Shown: positions 33,311 to 47,029, numbered from the stretch's first letter. The stretch is DNA of 64,000 bases from Negaprion brevirostris (GCA_030324005.1 JARDVH010000084.1:39627836-39691835); one strand, 5' to 3'. Numbers and translations are program-made. Notes: a model not told the origin generated them from the sequence alone.

Positions 33311-36300
33311 AGGATTAGAAGCAGACAACACCTCAAACCTGTTCGCCATTTAATATGATCCTGGCTGATCTGTTGTAACTGCAACCTGGCCAAATGCAGA
33401 TAATTGGGAGTAGCCGGGAGATCATTATGACCGGCATGGACTGGTTGAGCTGAAAAGCTGTCTTGCTCTATGACTCAACCCTACGTTCCTGCCTAACCCT
33501 CGATACCTTTCATCCACTTGTTGATCAAGAGTCTATTTAACTCTGCCTTAAAAATGGTCAAAGACTCTGCTTACAGTGCCTTCTGAGGAAGAGAATTCCA
33601 AAGACACATGACCTTCTGAGGGAAAAGAAAATCTCATCTTGGTGTTAAATAGACAGCGCCTGACGTAGAAACAGTGAGCACTGGACCACTGTATTGGAGC
33701 ATATCCATACAAAGAGAATGAAGCTGTGTGATAGTATTTCAAACTCCACCCCTCACTTCATCATNNNNNNNNNNNNNNNNNNNNNNNNNNNNNNNNNNNN
33801 NNNNNNNNNNNNNNNNNNNNNNNNNNNNNNNNNNNNNNNNNNNNNNNNNNNNNNNNNNNNNNNNTGCACTCCAGTGCTCCAAAGCTGGACTCACTGGCAT
33901 GTTTAGACTCTGCCCCCCAGTACCAAACTCCCAGCTCCCCAAAAAAGTGACAGAGTGTAGGAGGATTGCATAGCAGAATGCATCTGACATCTGGCTCAGG
34001 TCACTCCATTATGACACTTAGTTCGTTTTTAGGAGAATTCCACCCACAGTACGAAAGTAAACCATTAGGGAACATAAAGATTGACTGTAAAAATTTCTAT
34101 AGATGTGTCAAGAGAAAAAAGTCAACAAAAGCGAATATAGGCTCCTTACAGTCAGATGCAGAGCAATTCATAGTGGGCAACAAAAAATGGTGAAGGAAAT
34201 AATTTGTATTTTGCTTCTGTCTTCACAAAGGAAGACATGAATAATGTATCCGAAGTTCTGAGAAACACAAGCTTTAGTGAGGGGCTGAAGAAAATCAGTG
34301 TTAGTAGAGAACTGGTTTCAGGGAAAGTAATGGGACTGAAAGCAGATAAATTTCCGGGGCCTGACAATCTTTATCCCAGAGTACTTAAGGAAGTGGCCCT
34401 AGAAATAGTAGAGTGAGTTTCCAAAATTCTTTGAATTCTGGAATGGCTCCTACAGATTGAGGGTTGCAAATGTAAGCCCGCTATTCAAAAAGAAAGGTAG
34501 AGACAAAACAGAGAACTCTAGGTCAGTGAGCCTAACTCGGTCATATGGAAGTTGCTACAATCCATTATTAAGGATTTCATAGTAGAGCATTTAGAAAGCA
34601 ACAGCATAATCAGACAAAGTCAGCATGGATTTACAAAGGAGAAATCGTGCTTGGCAAATTTACTGGAATTCTTTGAAGATGTAAGTAGTAGAGTTGACCA
34701 GGGAGAACAGGTGGATGTAGTTTATTTAGACTTTTGGAAGGTTTTAAACAAGGTCTTACATAACAGATTACTATTAAATGTTAAAGCACATAGGATTGAA
34801 TGTAGTGTCTCGAGATGGATAGCAGACAGGAAACAAAGAGTTAGAATGAATGAGTCTTTTTCAGATTGGCAGGCAGTGACTAGTGGGGTACCGCAGGAAT
34901 CTGTGCTAGAACCCCAACTGCTCATATATATTAATGATTTGGACAAGGGAACTAAATGTGTTACCTCTAAATTTGCAGCTGATATAAAGTTGGGTGAAAG
35001 GATGAGCTGTGAGGAGGATGCAGAGATGCTTCAGCGTGATTTGCACAGGCTGATTGAATGTGCATATGCATGGCAGATGCATTATAATGTGGATAAATGT
35101 GAGGTTGTCCATTTTGATAGCAAAAATAGAGAGACAGATTATTATTTGAATGGGTGTAAATTGAGAGAGGTGGATACTCAATGAGATCTTGGTGCCCTTC
35201 TACATCAGTCGTTGAAAACAAACATGCAGACACTGCGGGCAATAAAGAAAGCAAATGATACATTGGTCTCATTGTGAGAGGATTTGAGTATAGGAATAGG
35301 GATGTTTTATGGAATTGTACAGGGTGTTGATGAGGCCACAACTGGAATATTGTGCACAGTTCTGGTGCCCTTATATGAGGAAGGATATTTTTGCTATAGA
35401 GGGAGTACAGCGAGGGTTTACCAGGCTGATACCTGGGATGGTACGACTGTCATAGGAGGAGAGATTAAGTCAGTTAGGATCACGTGCCTTGAAGTTTAGA
35501 AGAGTGAGAGGGGATCTCATAGTAATTTGTAGGATTAGAGTGTAGATTCAGAAAGAATGTTCCTGATGGTGGGGGAGTCCTGAACTAGGGGTCACAGTTT
35601 TAAGATAAGGGATAATCCGTTTAGAACTGAAGTGAAGAGAAATTCCTTCACCCAGAGAGTAGTGAATCTGTTGAATACACTATCACACAAAGTAAATGAG
35701 GCCAAAATGTTGTGTGATTTCAAGAAGGGATTAGATATAGCTGTTAGAGCAGAAGAGATCAAGGGACATAAGGGGAAGGTGGAATCGGGATATTGAATTC
35801 AAAGATCAGCCATGATCATAATGAATGGCGGAGCAGGCTCCAAGGACCGAACGGCCTACTCTTGCTTCTATTTTCTACGTAAGAGCTCCCATGCAGCATC
35901 AGCAAACCTTGGTGCATTTCTCTATTCCACATTCAGTCTTTGTTGTTTGTTGCACAGAACTATTTCTGAGCTATGTTAGCACCTCCAGCAGTCACAATGC
36001 ACTTTCCCTTCAAGGGATGCAAATTGCTGAATTTAATTCATAGTGAGGAAGAGAAGAGTGGATCTAAGACTAGTATTTTAANNNNNNNNNNNNNNNNNNN
36101 NNNNNNNNNNNNNNNNNNNNNNNNNNNNNNNNNNNNNNNNNNNNNNNNNNNNNNNNNNNNNNNNNNNNNNNNNNNNNNNNNNNNNNNNNNNNNNNNNNNN
36201 NNNNNNNNNNNNNNNNNNNNNNNNNNNNNNNNNNNNNNNNNNNNNNNNNNNNNNNNNNNNNNNNNNNNNNNNNNNNATACAATTGTGCAAAGGCAGACTA

Positions 36301-36540
36301 AAAGATTGGATAGAATGTAAGGAACAGGAAAGAATGGCAAAAAGATCAAGAAGGAGTTAAAAATTTACATATGAGAGAAAGTGATTCAGAAATATGAAGA
36401 TGCTAGTTAAGAGTTTCTATACTTAAAAAAGTTAACCAAGTGAGCATTTGTCCTTTAGAAATTGAATCTGGGGAACTAATAATGGGAAATGGAGAAATGG
36501 CAGGTGAATTGAACAGGTGTTTTGCATCGGTCTTCACTGA

Positions 36541-37835
36541 TTTGATTTATTATTGTTATATGTATTAGTATATAATGAAAAGTATCGTTTCTTGCACGCT
36601 ATACAAAGCACACCGTTCATAGAGAAAGAAAGGAGACAGTGCAGATTGTCATGTTACAGTCATAGCTAGGGTGTATTGAAAGGTCAACTTAATGCGAGTT
36701 AGGTCCATTCAAAAGTCTGATGGCAGCATGGAAGATGTTCTTGAGTCGGTTGGTACATGTCCTTAGACTCTTTTTTTTCCCTACGGAAGAGTCGGTTGTC
36801 CTTGAGTCGGTTGGTACACCTCCTTAGACTTTTGTGTCCTTAGAATATGACCAGGATGCATGGGGTTCTTAATTATACTGGCTGCTTTTCCAAGGCAGCG
36901 GGAAGTATAGACAGTGTCAGTGAGTGAGAGACAGTTTTGAGTGATGGACTGGGCTTCATTCACAACCCTTTGTGGTTTCTTGCCATTTTGGATAGAGCAG
37001 GAGCCAAGCCAAGCTGTGATACAACCAGAAAAAATGCTTTCTATGGTGCATCTGTAAAAGTTGGTAAGGGTCAGAGCGGACATGCCAACTTTCATTAGTG
37101 TCCTGAGAAAGCAGAGGCATCGTTTGATTTTCTTAACGATAGTGTTGGCTACAGGGACCAGTAAGAAGTCTGAACACCAGGTTTAAGTCCAACCGATTTA
37201 TTTGATAGTTCGGTTGGACTTAAACCTGGCGTTGTCAGACTTCTTACTGTGTTTACCCCAGTCCAATGCCAGCACCTTTACATCATGACTACAGGGATCA
37301 GGACAGTTTGTTGGTGATCTGGATACCTAAAAACTTGATGCTCTCAACCATATCAACTTCCCCACCAGTGATGCAGACAGGGGCATGCCCTCCACTATGC
37401 TTCCTGAAATCGATGACTATCTCCTTCATTTTGTTGAATTGAGGGAGAGATTATTATTGTCACATCAGTTTTTTTGGATTTGCTATCTCTTTTCTGCACT
37501 CTGTCTTGTCATTGTTTGAGATCTGACCCACTGTGGTGGTGTCATTGGCAAACTAGTAAATTGTGTTGCAGAGGAATTTGACCACGCAGTCATAGGTTTA
37601 TAAGCAATATGGTAAGGTGCTAAGAACTCAGCCTTGAGGGCCACCAGTGTTGAGGATGATTGTGGAGGAGGTGTTTCTGCCTATCCTTACTGATTAGGGT
37701 CTGTGTGTTAGAAAGTTCAGGATCCAGTTGCCGCGGAGAGGAGGCCTAGCCCCAGGCCATGAAGTTTGGAGATGAATTTCTTAGGAATAATGGCATTGAA
37801 GACTGAGCTGTAGTCGATAAATAGGAGTCTGATAT
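36541..37835 (-). mobile_element. Rex1/Babar LINE 3' portion
   Basis: LTNFYRCTIESIFSGCITAW..QRVVNEAQSIT is the Rex1-type ORF C-terminus; (aatca)n tail at 36541. Confidence 0.85.
37162..37288. mobile_element. Penelope family A inverted pair inside Rex
   Basis: taagaagtctgaacaccaggtttaagtccaacc / ggttggacttaaacctggcgttgtcagacttctta. TSD ctacagggaccag (37149-37161) / ctacagggatcag (37289-37301). Confidence 0.8.
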
Positions 37836-39477
37836 ATAGGATTCAAGAAAATAGATTTCCAGAAATAGCTGTAAATCAGGATTTGGAAGTGAAGAGGAAA
37901 TTTGGGAAAACTACAATCACCAGGGAAGTGGTAATTAGCAAGTTGTTGGAACTGCAGGCAACAAGCTCCTGGGTCATGATGGACTTCATCCTTAGGCCTT
38001 AAAAAAAATGGCTGGTGATACAGTCGATGTGTTGCTTTTAACTTTCTAAAATTCCCTGGATTTGAGGAAGGTCCCAAAGAATTGGAAAATAGCAAATGTA
38101 AAATCAAAAAGGGAGGGGACAGAAAGCAGAAAACTACAGGCCAGATGGCTTAAAACCTGTCATAAGGAAAATGTTGGAAACTATTAACAAAAATGTCATG
38201 GCAAAAAACTGGGAAAAATTCACGGCGNNNNNNNNNNNNNNNNNNNNNNNNNNNNNNNNNNNNNNNNNNNNNNNNNNNNNNNNNNNNNNNNNNNNNNNNN
38301 NNNNNNNNNNNNNNNNNNNNNNNNNNNNNNNNNNNNNNNNNNNNNNNNNNNNNNNNNNNNNNNNNNNNNNNNNNNNNNNNNNNNNNNNNNNNNNNNNNNN
38401 NNNNNNNNNNNNNNNNNNNNNNNNNNNNNNNNNNNNNNNNNNNNNNNNNNNNNNNNNNNNNNNNNNNNNNNNNNNNNNNNNNNNNNNNNNNNNNNNNNNN
38501 NNNNNNNNNNNNNNNNNNNNNNNNNNNNNNNNNNNNNNNNNNNNNNNNNNNNNNNNNNNNNNNNAAAGTATGGTTGTAAAGTTTGCTGATGATACAAAGA
38601 GTGATAGAAAATTAAGTTGTGAAGCGGACATAAGGAGGGTACAAATGGACACAGAGAGGTTCAGCGAGTGAGTAAAGATCTGATAAATGGAGTATAATGT
38701 GGGAAAATGTGAAACTGTCCATTTTGGCAGGAAGAATAAAAAGGCAGCTGGATCTGGGTGCCCCAGTGCATGAATCACAAAAGATTAAGATGCAGGTACA
38801 ACAAGTAGTTAGGAAAATTAACAGAATGTTACATATTGTGGGGACAAATTGAATATAAAAGTAGGGAGCTTATGCTTCAGTTGTTCAAGACACTGGTGAG
38901 ACCATACAATGAGTACAGCATTGGTCTCCTTACTTAAGGATGTAAATGTAGTAGACGTAGTTCAGAGAAGGTTTAGTTAAGTAGTAATTGGAATGGGTGG
39001 ATTGTCTTATGAGGAGAGTGAGGACAAGCTGGGCTTGTATTCACTGGAGTTTAAAAGGTTAAGAAGCAACTTGATTGAAACATATAAACTCCTAAGGTAT
39101 CTTGACAGCATGGATGTGTAGAGGATGTTTTCTCTTGTGGAAGTATCTAGAATTAGGAGTCACTATTGGCTGGTGTAAACCTGTTGGACTTTAACCTGGT
39201 GTTGTGAGACTTCTTACTGTAAAAGTAAGGGGTCAGCCATTTAGAACAGAGATGAGAAGACAGATGGTAGTGAGTCTTTGAAATTCCTTTCCTCAAGCTT
39301 GAGACAGGTTCTCAATAAACAAGGGGGTTGAAAGGTCACCAGAAATAGGTGGCAGGTTACAGCCATCATCTTATTGAATGGCAGAGCAGACTCAAAGACT
39401 CAAGCGACCCTGTTCATAACTTGCATGTATATATTCAACTATTACTGATTCTACTTCTGGGCATAATGTTTTAACCT

Positions 39478-39612
39478 TTTCAGTTCTGATGAAAGATTCT
39501 TGACCTGAAACATTAACTCTGTTCATCTCTCCACAGATGCTGCCTGGCCTGCTAATTATTTCCAGCATTTTCTGTTTCATTCCAGATGTCCAGCATCATA
39601 GTGTTTTGTTTC
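39478..39612 (+). mobile_element. Penelope-like family B end with decayed hammerhead (39482-39518)
   Basis: AGTT-CTGATGA-A-AGATT(CTT)GACCT-GAA-ACAT-T-AACT, then ctccacagatgctgcctggcctgct..tccagcattttctg. Confidence 0.7.
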
Positions 39613-42578
39613 ATTATTAGAGGGAAAGAAAGATTGGGTTAAGAGGGAAACCGACAGAAAACAAAGAATAAAAACTGTAATTTTTAAAATCTAAAACAAG
39701 CTGAAGGAATGAAACTCTGCATTCTTAATTAGTTACTTTTTGGGCAAAAGGAATAGTTATTAACAATTATTACATCATTGTAGGGTACTTACCTTGTTAA
39801 TTCATGAAGTTTTCTGCAGCAAGTATAATGGGCAATTAATGTGCAATTGCAGCACCTTCATGAACCACACAGGCTGATTAAGGGCAAGATGCCATTTTCA
39901 TGCAGCTAACAACAAAGGAGCACAAATCACCAGCAATTTGAGGGAAGTTGAAATTCATGCACATTTCTTTCTTTTCGCATGTTCTTGGCTGACTAGCACA
40001 TTAATTATGATGTGCGTTACTCATACATTAGCCAGCAACATCTGAGCTCTGCAGAAATACAACTACAGAGTAGTCCAAAGATGCACTGGGGAACCAGGAC
40101 CCTCCCACCACTCCCAGAGGTTCCCAGGTAAGGATTTCAAGGAAATTGCCTGGGAAGTTCAATGCAATGGGCAATTGCCTTGCGCTGGGAACCAAAGCTG
40201 AAATGCGCTTTAAATCTGATTCTGACTGTCTTACATAATAGTTACCCATAAAATAAATTAAAACCACTTCTAGATTCTGAGTATCTGCGGTACTTGACCT
40301 CCCCAGACTCCCCACAGGCCCTTTGGGTGTCCCCCACACCACTACACCCGCATAAGACCCCATAGGAGCTCCCCGCTATACTTCAACTCCTTCCCTCCCC
40401 CTCACCTGCTGACCATGCCACCCCTATAACTGCAGGCACACACTTTCCACCTGACCCCCAACCACCCCCCTCTCCATTGACCAACCCCACCCACTTATGT
40501 TACAAACCTACCGTCTCCATGGATTGAAAGTGGTTGGACCTTTGAATTTACCTGGCTTGCAGCAGTTAGAGCAGTAAAAAAGGTGGTGTGGCCTCCTTAC
40601 ATTCGACTTTGCAGCCCTCAACTGAAGGCCTCAGGAGCATGCTGCCCAAAAAAGTTCTCATCAAACCTGGTCAGGCAAGGAGGTCAGGCAAGACCACTTG
40701 GATTTCGAGGTAGGAAACTAGAAGCAGAGTGTAAAACAAACTGCCACTTCACGGACATTCAGGTCCGTTGTTTTTCTCAGCTAAATCTGGCCCAATAACT
40801 CATTCACAGGCCCAAACTTTCACTTGGCATTAAGGATACTGTAAGTCTATATTTCCATTTGTGATGCTAACTTGCTTTATTCTTGGAACAAACTGTATGG
40901 CTTTCTTCAAACAAAGGAGACACAGAGTGAGCATAATTAATAAGAATTTCAGAAAATTTCTAAAACGGTTCCCAATATTTCACAGAAGCAAACCTTAATG
41001 AAATGTTAACAATCAAAAGAAGGCACTGTACTGAGAGTTCATGAATCACCAAGCACAGTTAATGAGAGGGTTGTTGAAAAAGAACCTAGAATTAACATAC
41101 TAAGACCTGAGAAGCATCCTTTGAAGAAAATTGTGTCACATTTAATCTGCATAATGGTCTAAATTTGGCATGTTATTCAGTAAAACAAGAGTCTGAAAAT
41201 GAACACCTTTTTTGTACCACTGTCAAAAATTATGTAGCACGCTATTGGATGTATTTTTGGGGTTAGTTAAGAGATTCATGACATAAAAATGGGAAATCTA
41301 AATTCTACAGTCTTATCAGGTCAGGTGGCAAAACAGAATTTCCATGCAATATTCCTCATTGACAATCATGATAAATTCTATTAAATATTCACTTGTAGGG
41401 CTAAATCTTACCAAAGAAAGTGCAGAGTGCCGTCTCTTCCTGAAAAACATGCCTGTTTTCTCTCCAGATCTTACTACACTGCCAAGAAAAATCAAGGGAG
41501 TGCAATTCACATCATCATGGGGGGGTCAGGGGAGGGCCTCAACACGCCAGCAAAATCTGGGTGCGCAGAGATTGGGTGCCATCTTTAAAGGGTACTCCAA
41601 TCATAACCTGAGTAAACCTCCCCCCCAACACAGAGGTCTTAGGGTCTTCTCCCACCCTGATCATTGATCCTCTCCCACCCCTCCCAACTTGCCCATTCTT
41701 CTCTCCCCCCCACAACCAAAGGCCATTGCCAGCATCCCCAGTTCCTCCATCCGCTCCTCCTGTCATCACCACATCTAAANNNNNNNNNNNNNNNNNNNNN
41801 NNNNNNNNNNNNNNNNNNNNNNNNNNNNNNNNNNNNNNNNNNNNNNNNNNNNNNNNNNNNNNNNNNNNNNNNNNNNNNNAAGGCCATTGCCAGCAGCACC
41901 AGTTCCTACATCCGCTCCTCCTGTCATCACCACATCTAACTGAATCATCTACCCCTCCCCTACTCTCCTCCCCAGCCGCCCATGAGGCTCCCTCTAGGGT
42001 CTGCCACTTGGTAGCTAGTGCCAGGGGAATTGCCAGGCTACTCTCCCCCGGGGTTGTACTTATCTCTGCATCCCTGGAGAGACCCCCACAACAGGATCAC
42101 GTCTAGGTGAACCTATTGTAAACCATGCCGGCGTGCAATTTCAGGCAATGGGTCAATGTCTGGTGAGGAGTGGATTATTTACATAAAAATCTATTCAAAT
42201 GCATGTAAAGCAGGTTTACACTCATTATGGGTGTGAACCTGATGATGTCGCCAGTGAGGGGGATTCAAAATTGCGAAGTAGCCGGCAAGAACTGCAACTT
42301 CCAGAATTTGAGCTCCCATTGGCACTTACACCAACAGCAAGCATGTGCTCAACATGCATCCCCACCCCCCGCCATTGTGTCACCTTTACCTTGGTCAACA
42401 GAAACTTCTGCACACATTTGTCCAAGATTATTTTGTAACAACATATTGCTTTATAACCATTCCAGACAATCTGAGGCTTTACTGCAGAAAATATTGTATT
42501 TTAACTTTACAATAATCAACTTGTAGTAACTGCAAACCCACAGGTTATTGAATGATTCTGTGTAAATCTTTTAAATTA

Positions 42579-42794
<216 letters not shown>

Positions 42795-44076
42795 TTATAT
42801 TTGTGGTCAACTTATTTTTAGCAGTTTGTGTTTGGCAAGTCTTTTAATGAGAAAATGCATAATGTCCTGTATACGTGGGGCAATGGTAAGAAGTTGCATG
42901 ACTGATTAATGCAGAATTTGACCTGGGATCAGGCTTATTACAGTTCTGAAACTTTGCAGTGAGAAAGCTGATGCTAATGTACTTGGAAAGACTGCCATTA
43001 CAGTCCCAAAGAAAATAATTGTAGCTAAAATATCAAATGTCTAACCTTATGGCCTTAAAACCAAGATGGTGCTGGAGCATGGCAACTTATTGGAAGCTGT
43101 GCCCTAATTTTATCTCTTATGCTTGTTCTATGCTTTTAAAAGTCTGCTCTTACTTTTTTGACAGGATTTTCCAGTTTTTGGGCGGGATTTTCCAGCCTCA
43201 CTCGCCCCATGTGTCTGCACTGCACCTTAAGCAGTAGAACACCTTAATCACAATGAAGAAGTATTCTGCTTCTATACTCCCCAGTCACTTGTTGTCCAAT
43301 GTAATCATGGGCAGAAAATAGCAGATTGGTGAGTTCAGAAGCAGAAACCTTGGCTGGTATGGGTGTACTTTCATTATAATAAGGACTCACCTTTATATAG
43401 CACCTGATCGATTCTCAAACACCCCTGCCAAGCTTCCAAACTATCCTCAATTACTATTACACTGATATTATGGAAATGCCAGTGAGGTTTAGATAAGTTA
43501 GCAGTCACAGAAACCTTCTCTTGGACATTTATCGTTTTTGCTGGAAGGAAACTGTCTTAATCTCAGTAATGACCGTCTAACTCTAAACATTACAGTGGAA
43601 TTTTGCTGCAGACCAATAAAAGGAAAATTATGCCAAAAATATTGTTAGAGTACAACTAATTACTGCTCTGTAGCATTTAAAAATATATTTTGGAACCTAT
43701 TTTGCTTTTCTCTGCAATTTCAACTTAAAATTAAGCTTCCTTTATTCCTTGTTCCAAGTTCATGATTATAGACCCTCACCACCTATGTACATGTGCATAC
43801 ATGCCCCTCCATGAAGGCTACTAAGCCTTCCTTGACACATGGAAGTAGGTATTTTATACCCAGACCTCTGTTGCTGTTGTTTTTAAACTGATCACTGGAA
43901 GGCAAGGGACGTAGACAGTGAATGATACAATTTCAGATTTTTCCTTTCTTCACTAAGCACAAGTACTTTAGATCCGCTGAGCATTCTTGCATCATATCCA
44001 AAGACACAAATTAGTTGCACAAGAAACTGTGCTAAAAACTTCATATTCTGACATCCAACAGGAGCATCAACCTACT

Positions 44077-44523
44077 GGGTGGCACAGTGGCACAGTGGTT
44101 AGCACTGTTGCCTCACAGTGCCAGGGACATGGATTCAATTCCAGCCACAGATGACTGTCTGTATGAAGTTTGCATGTTCTTCCCGTGTCTGCATGGGTTT
44201 CCTCCGGGAGCCTGGTTTCCTTCCATAGTCCAAAGATATGTAGGTTAGGGTGATTAACAGGTTATGNNNNNNNNNNNNNNNNNNNNNNNNNNNNNNNNNN
44301 NNNNNNNNNNNNNNNNNNNNNNNNNNNNNNNNNNNNNNNNNNNNNNNNNNNNNNNNNNNNNNNNNNCCGGGAGCCTGGTTTCCTTCCATAGTCCAAAGAT
44401 ATGTAGGTTAGGGGGATTAACAGGTTATGGGAATAGGGTCTGGGTGGGATGCTCTGTAAGAGAGTTGGTTCAGACTCAATGGACCAAATGGTCTCCTTCG
44501 GCACAGTAGGGATTCTATGATTC
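44077..44523 (+). mobile_element. HE1-type V-SINE (tail A) spanning a gap
   Basis: gggtggcacagtggcacagtggttagcact...gggattctatgattc. Confidence 0.9.
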
Positions 44524-45859
44524 GTTGACTGTGCAACTTGACTGACTTGACAGTGCATAAAAAAACTTTTAAAAAAAGTTTTCAGAAAATCCTGAGTAAT
44601 GCAGCAGCCACTTTGTGCAGCAGTTTGGCAACTAGCAGTGACAAACAAAGGAAAACAGTTTGCTGCAGCTGGTCATATTAAACTCCTTACAAAATCAGAA
44701 ATCCTTTTTTGAAAAGCAACCTTTAGGAAGCAGATAATTTTAAGGTTTAACCTTTGTGGCTTCACACATTTTCTCCTCAGGTGCTAAAGCTATAAAATAT
44801 TTGACAAATAGCCACTTTCTAACTGTAAAGTAAACTTATGACATTTAAAATTGACAGGATCACTTTGGTTTGGTAACCCTTTCAGACCAGGAATTCTTTT
44901 GCAACTTTCACTATAAATTATAGAGCAATGGACATATTTTGGTACAGTTTACTGAAATATTGGAAGGTGTGATCAGTTTTAACTCATTTGGCATTCTCAA
45001 AGTCAAGTACTCTTCTCTTTGTAGGCTTCCGAACTGCACGACATTAGAAACTGCAGCAAGTTGCCAGAACTGCCTAGTAGAGACAGAACTCCTTACTGCA
45101 TTGAAGTCTAGGCTCATTACACATGCCCTACTCTAACTATCTCCTTCCCAGGTTGTCCAAAGTTGCCATTGCCTATCCACTGATAGATTCTTTATCTTGC
45201 CTTCTCTCCTGCTCTTTTCAAATTTACCAATTCATGTATTGTAGCTGTGGTCCATTTCAAATAAAAGAAACATCCTCAAGTCAACTTATAAATAAATTGA
45301 GTTAATTTGGATCCATCAATAATTCACGTTTGTTAGATCAATTGAGCAAGTATTCTGCTAAAAACCTCAAGATTCTGTGGTAAATGTATTCCACAAATAA
45401 TCCAAACTGATTCCTGATCAGTGCTTAGTTAGATAATTAAAGCTGAGGCAACAACTGAGGTAACAGCTGTGTTACAGATAAGAGAGAAAATTTAGTTCAC
45501 GTTTCACTTCTGATTGCTATAATGGTTTACGCTGTAAAGTGTCTGTGCATAGACATCAGGTGAGGAAAAGACTGGGTCAATGAAAATGTTCTCTGCGCTT
45601 AAATAACCTGCTGACATCCAATATTTTGGCTCACACATGATGGATGGTCTCTTGGGTAAGGTGGAATGGACAGTATCGCTGTAATGGCTCAACATCAAGA
45701 ATCGCGGGCTGAATCCTCACCTGAGTGCTAAATGACCACACCTTTGAAGAGGGAATCAGAATTTCCTCCATAGCCGTGCCGAGAGGAGTTAATTGCTGCC
45801 ATGTTGTTCATACCACACAGGCCAAATCACTTAGGGAGGTCACAGAGAATTTATTAGAC

Positions 45860-46837
45860 TTTGTGACAAATTAAAATAGTGGCACAATGGATTCTTGTTT
45901 TATCCAGATCTGAAGTGTAGGCAAAGAACAGCAATCCAGAGAGATGTTTTTGTTCAGGGAGTCAGAGCTAAAATCGTTCAGAAGCATTCAGTGAACCCTG
46001 AATGTTTGTGAAACTCATTTACTTTATCAGATTGAAGAAGAAATGGTAAATGAGGGATAGTGAATCTAAAGGTCATTTTGAGGGTATCTTAGAGCAGGCT
46101 ACATCGTTGTGGAGATGAGTGAGGCTTAGGAAAGTTCCCAGGTTACAATTTTTTTGGATGTGTGGTGAGAAAGTTAGTTGTAGTTTGGACCTCATGTGAT
46201 TTGCCGCTTACTCAGAGATTACCTAAGTAAACAATTGATGGGCGCGCACTGTAGGCAAAGTGAAGAAAGTCAGATCTTCACCTTTCATTGTGTGGAATAT
46301 GCTGAAACTTAATCTCAGATAGAATTTTGTCAAGGATCAAAATTTTGAAGATTGTCTAGCTTGAAAAATCTAGTGATCCTTCACAAAGAACCTAGTGATC
46401 CTTCACAAAGTCTTGTGCCAGCGAAAGCAACCATCANNNNNNNNNNNNNNNNNGAAAAAAAACAAAACTAAGGACTGAGGAATCCAAAGCCAAGAGAAGG
46501 TAAATGAAAGTTTTATCTCCGAGAATAGCTGGTGCGGAGGAGATTTTCCCAGAGGAGCATGGCATACTTATGGATGGTCCTTATGGAAGTAAATAACTCC
46601 AAGACTGATATGTCTTATACGAAAGTACTTGGAGAATTAAGTATATCTGAGCATACAATATACATAGTTATGAACAATATTGTTAAGTTAATAGTGCTTG
46701 TTTTGTTTCATTATTTTATATACAATAAATTTTGATTTGTTAATGAAAAGGTGAAATCTTGTGATGTAGCTCCATAGGACATACAGGGTGTTCAGATTTC
46801 TCTTTAAATGTTAATGGTCCCTAATAGGATGGTAACA
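45860..46837 (+). mobile_element. Probable solo LTR (5' end uncertain)
   Basis: AATAAA, then gaaatcttgtg.., ending ggatggtaaca; similar 3' architecture at 52030-52070 plus 54756-54842. No TSD found. Confidence 0.4.
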
Positions 46838-47029
46838 ATACATTTTAGAGTTTGATCATACAGTATTAGGACAGTGCAAAGGAACCTTGGAGAAGTGTAA
46901 CTGATTCTGCCCTTCAGCACAGACATTACTCAGAATTTTAAAATTGGATCCTAGGCTATTCTACAGTTCTTAGAATTATCTTCTATTAAAAGAAGTGTCA
47001 AAAAAAAAGATTGGCCTGTATTTACATGC

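Larger units (their letters stand above)
28620..34045. mobile_element. 5.4-kb block interrupting the CR1, bounded by MITE-like ends
   Basis: Ends GGAACATATTTCTCC / GGAGAATTCCACCC, flanked by AGA / ACA. Excision restores aaaatagagtacgaaagtaa of CR1. Confidence 0.55.
27170..35880 (+). mobile_element. Long CR1 (ORF1 esterase C-terminus, EN, RT, 3' UTR) in two halves, 27170-28619 and 34046-35880
   Basis: SGNH-type VVISGSLPVP..GFRFLGH..DGLHL; EN EFLECIQDDFLEQY..ILDWVL; RT QHGF..YLDF..SGVPQESVL..KFAAD. TSD AAGAG at 27165-27169 and 35881-35885. Confidence 0.9.
27010..35940 (-). pseudogene. PIF/Harbinger Myb/SANT-like gene fossil (35881-35940 joined to 27010-27169), split by a CR1
   Basis: Removing 27170-35880 and one AAGAG copy gives RNAPRFADAAWELLVEELERTRDD...HMLRRQ*E...SWMQYCKKCN, a Myb/SANT-like (NAIF1/MSANTD type) pattern. 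Further decayed parts may lie at 25880-26620. Confidence 0.65.
36278..39420 (+). mobile_element. CR1 ORF2, interrupted by Rex/Babar and a Penelope fragment (about 39175-39220)
   Basis: ttttgcatcggtcttcactg resumes near 37835; VVKFADDTK; CR1 tail near 39370-39420. Confidence 0.85.

Noticed and set aside
41718-41940. About 60-bp direct repeat
   Set aside because: Flanks a 100-N gap inside a repeat; collapsed minisatellite or artefact, not resolvable here.
44205-44428. About 60-bp direct repeat
   Set aside because: The copies flank a 100-N gap; probably overlapping contig ends.
46370-46410. 22-bp tandem duplication
   Set aside because: Ordinary slippage inside a probable LTR.
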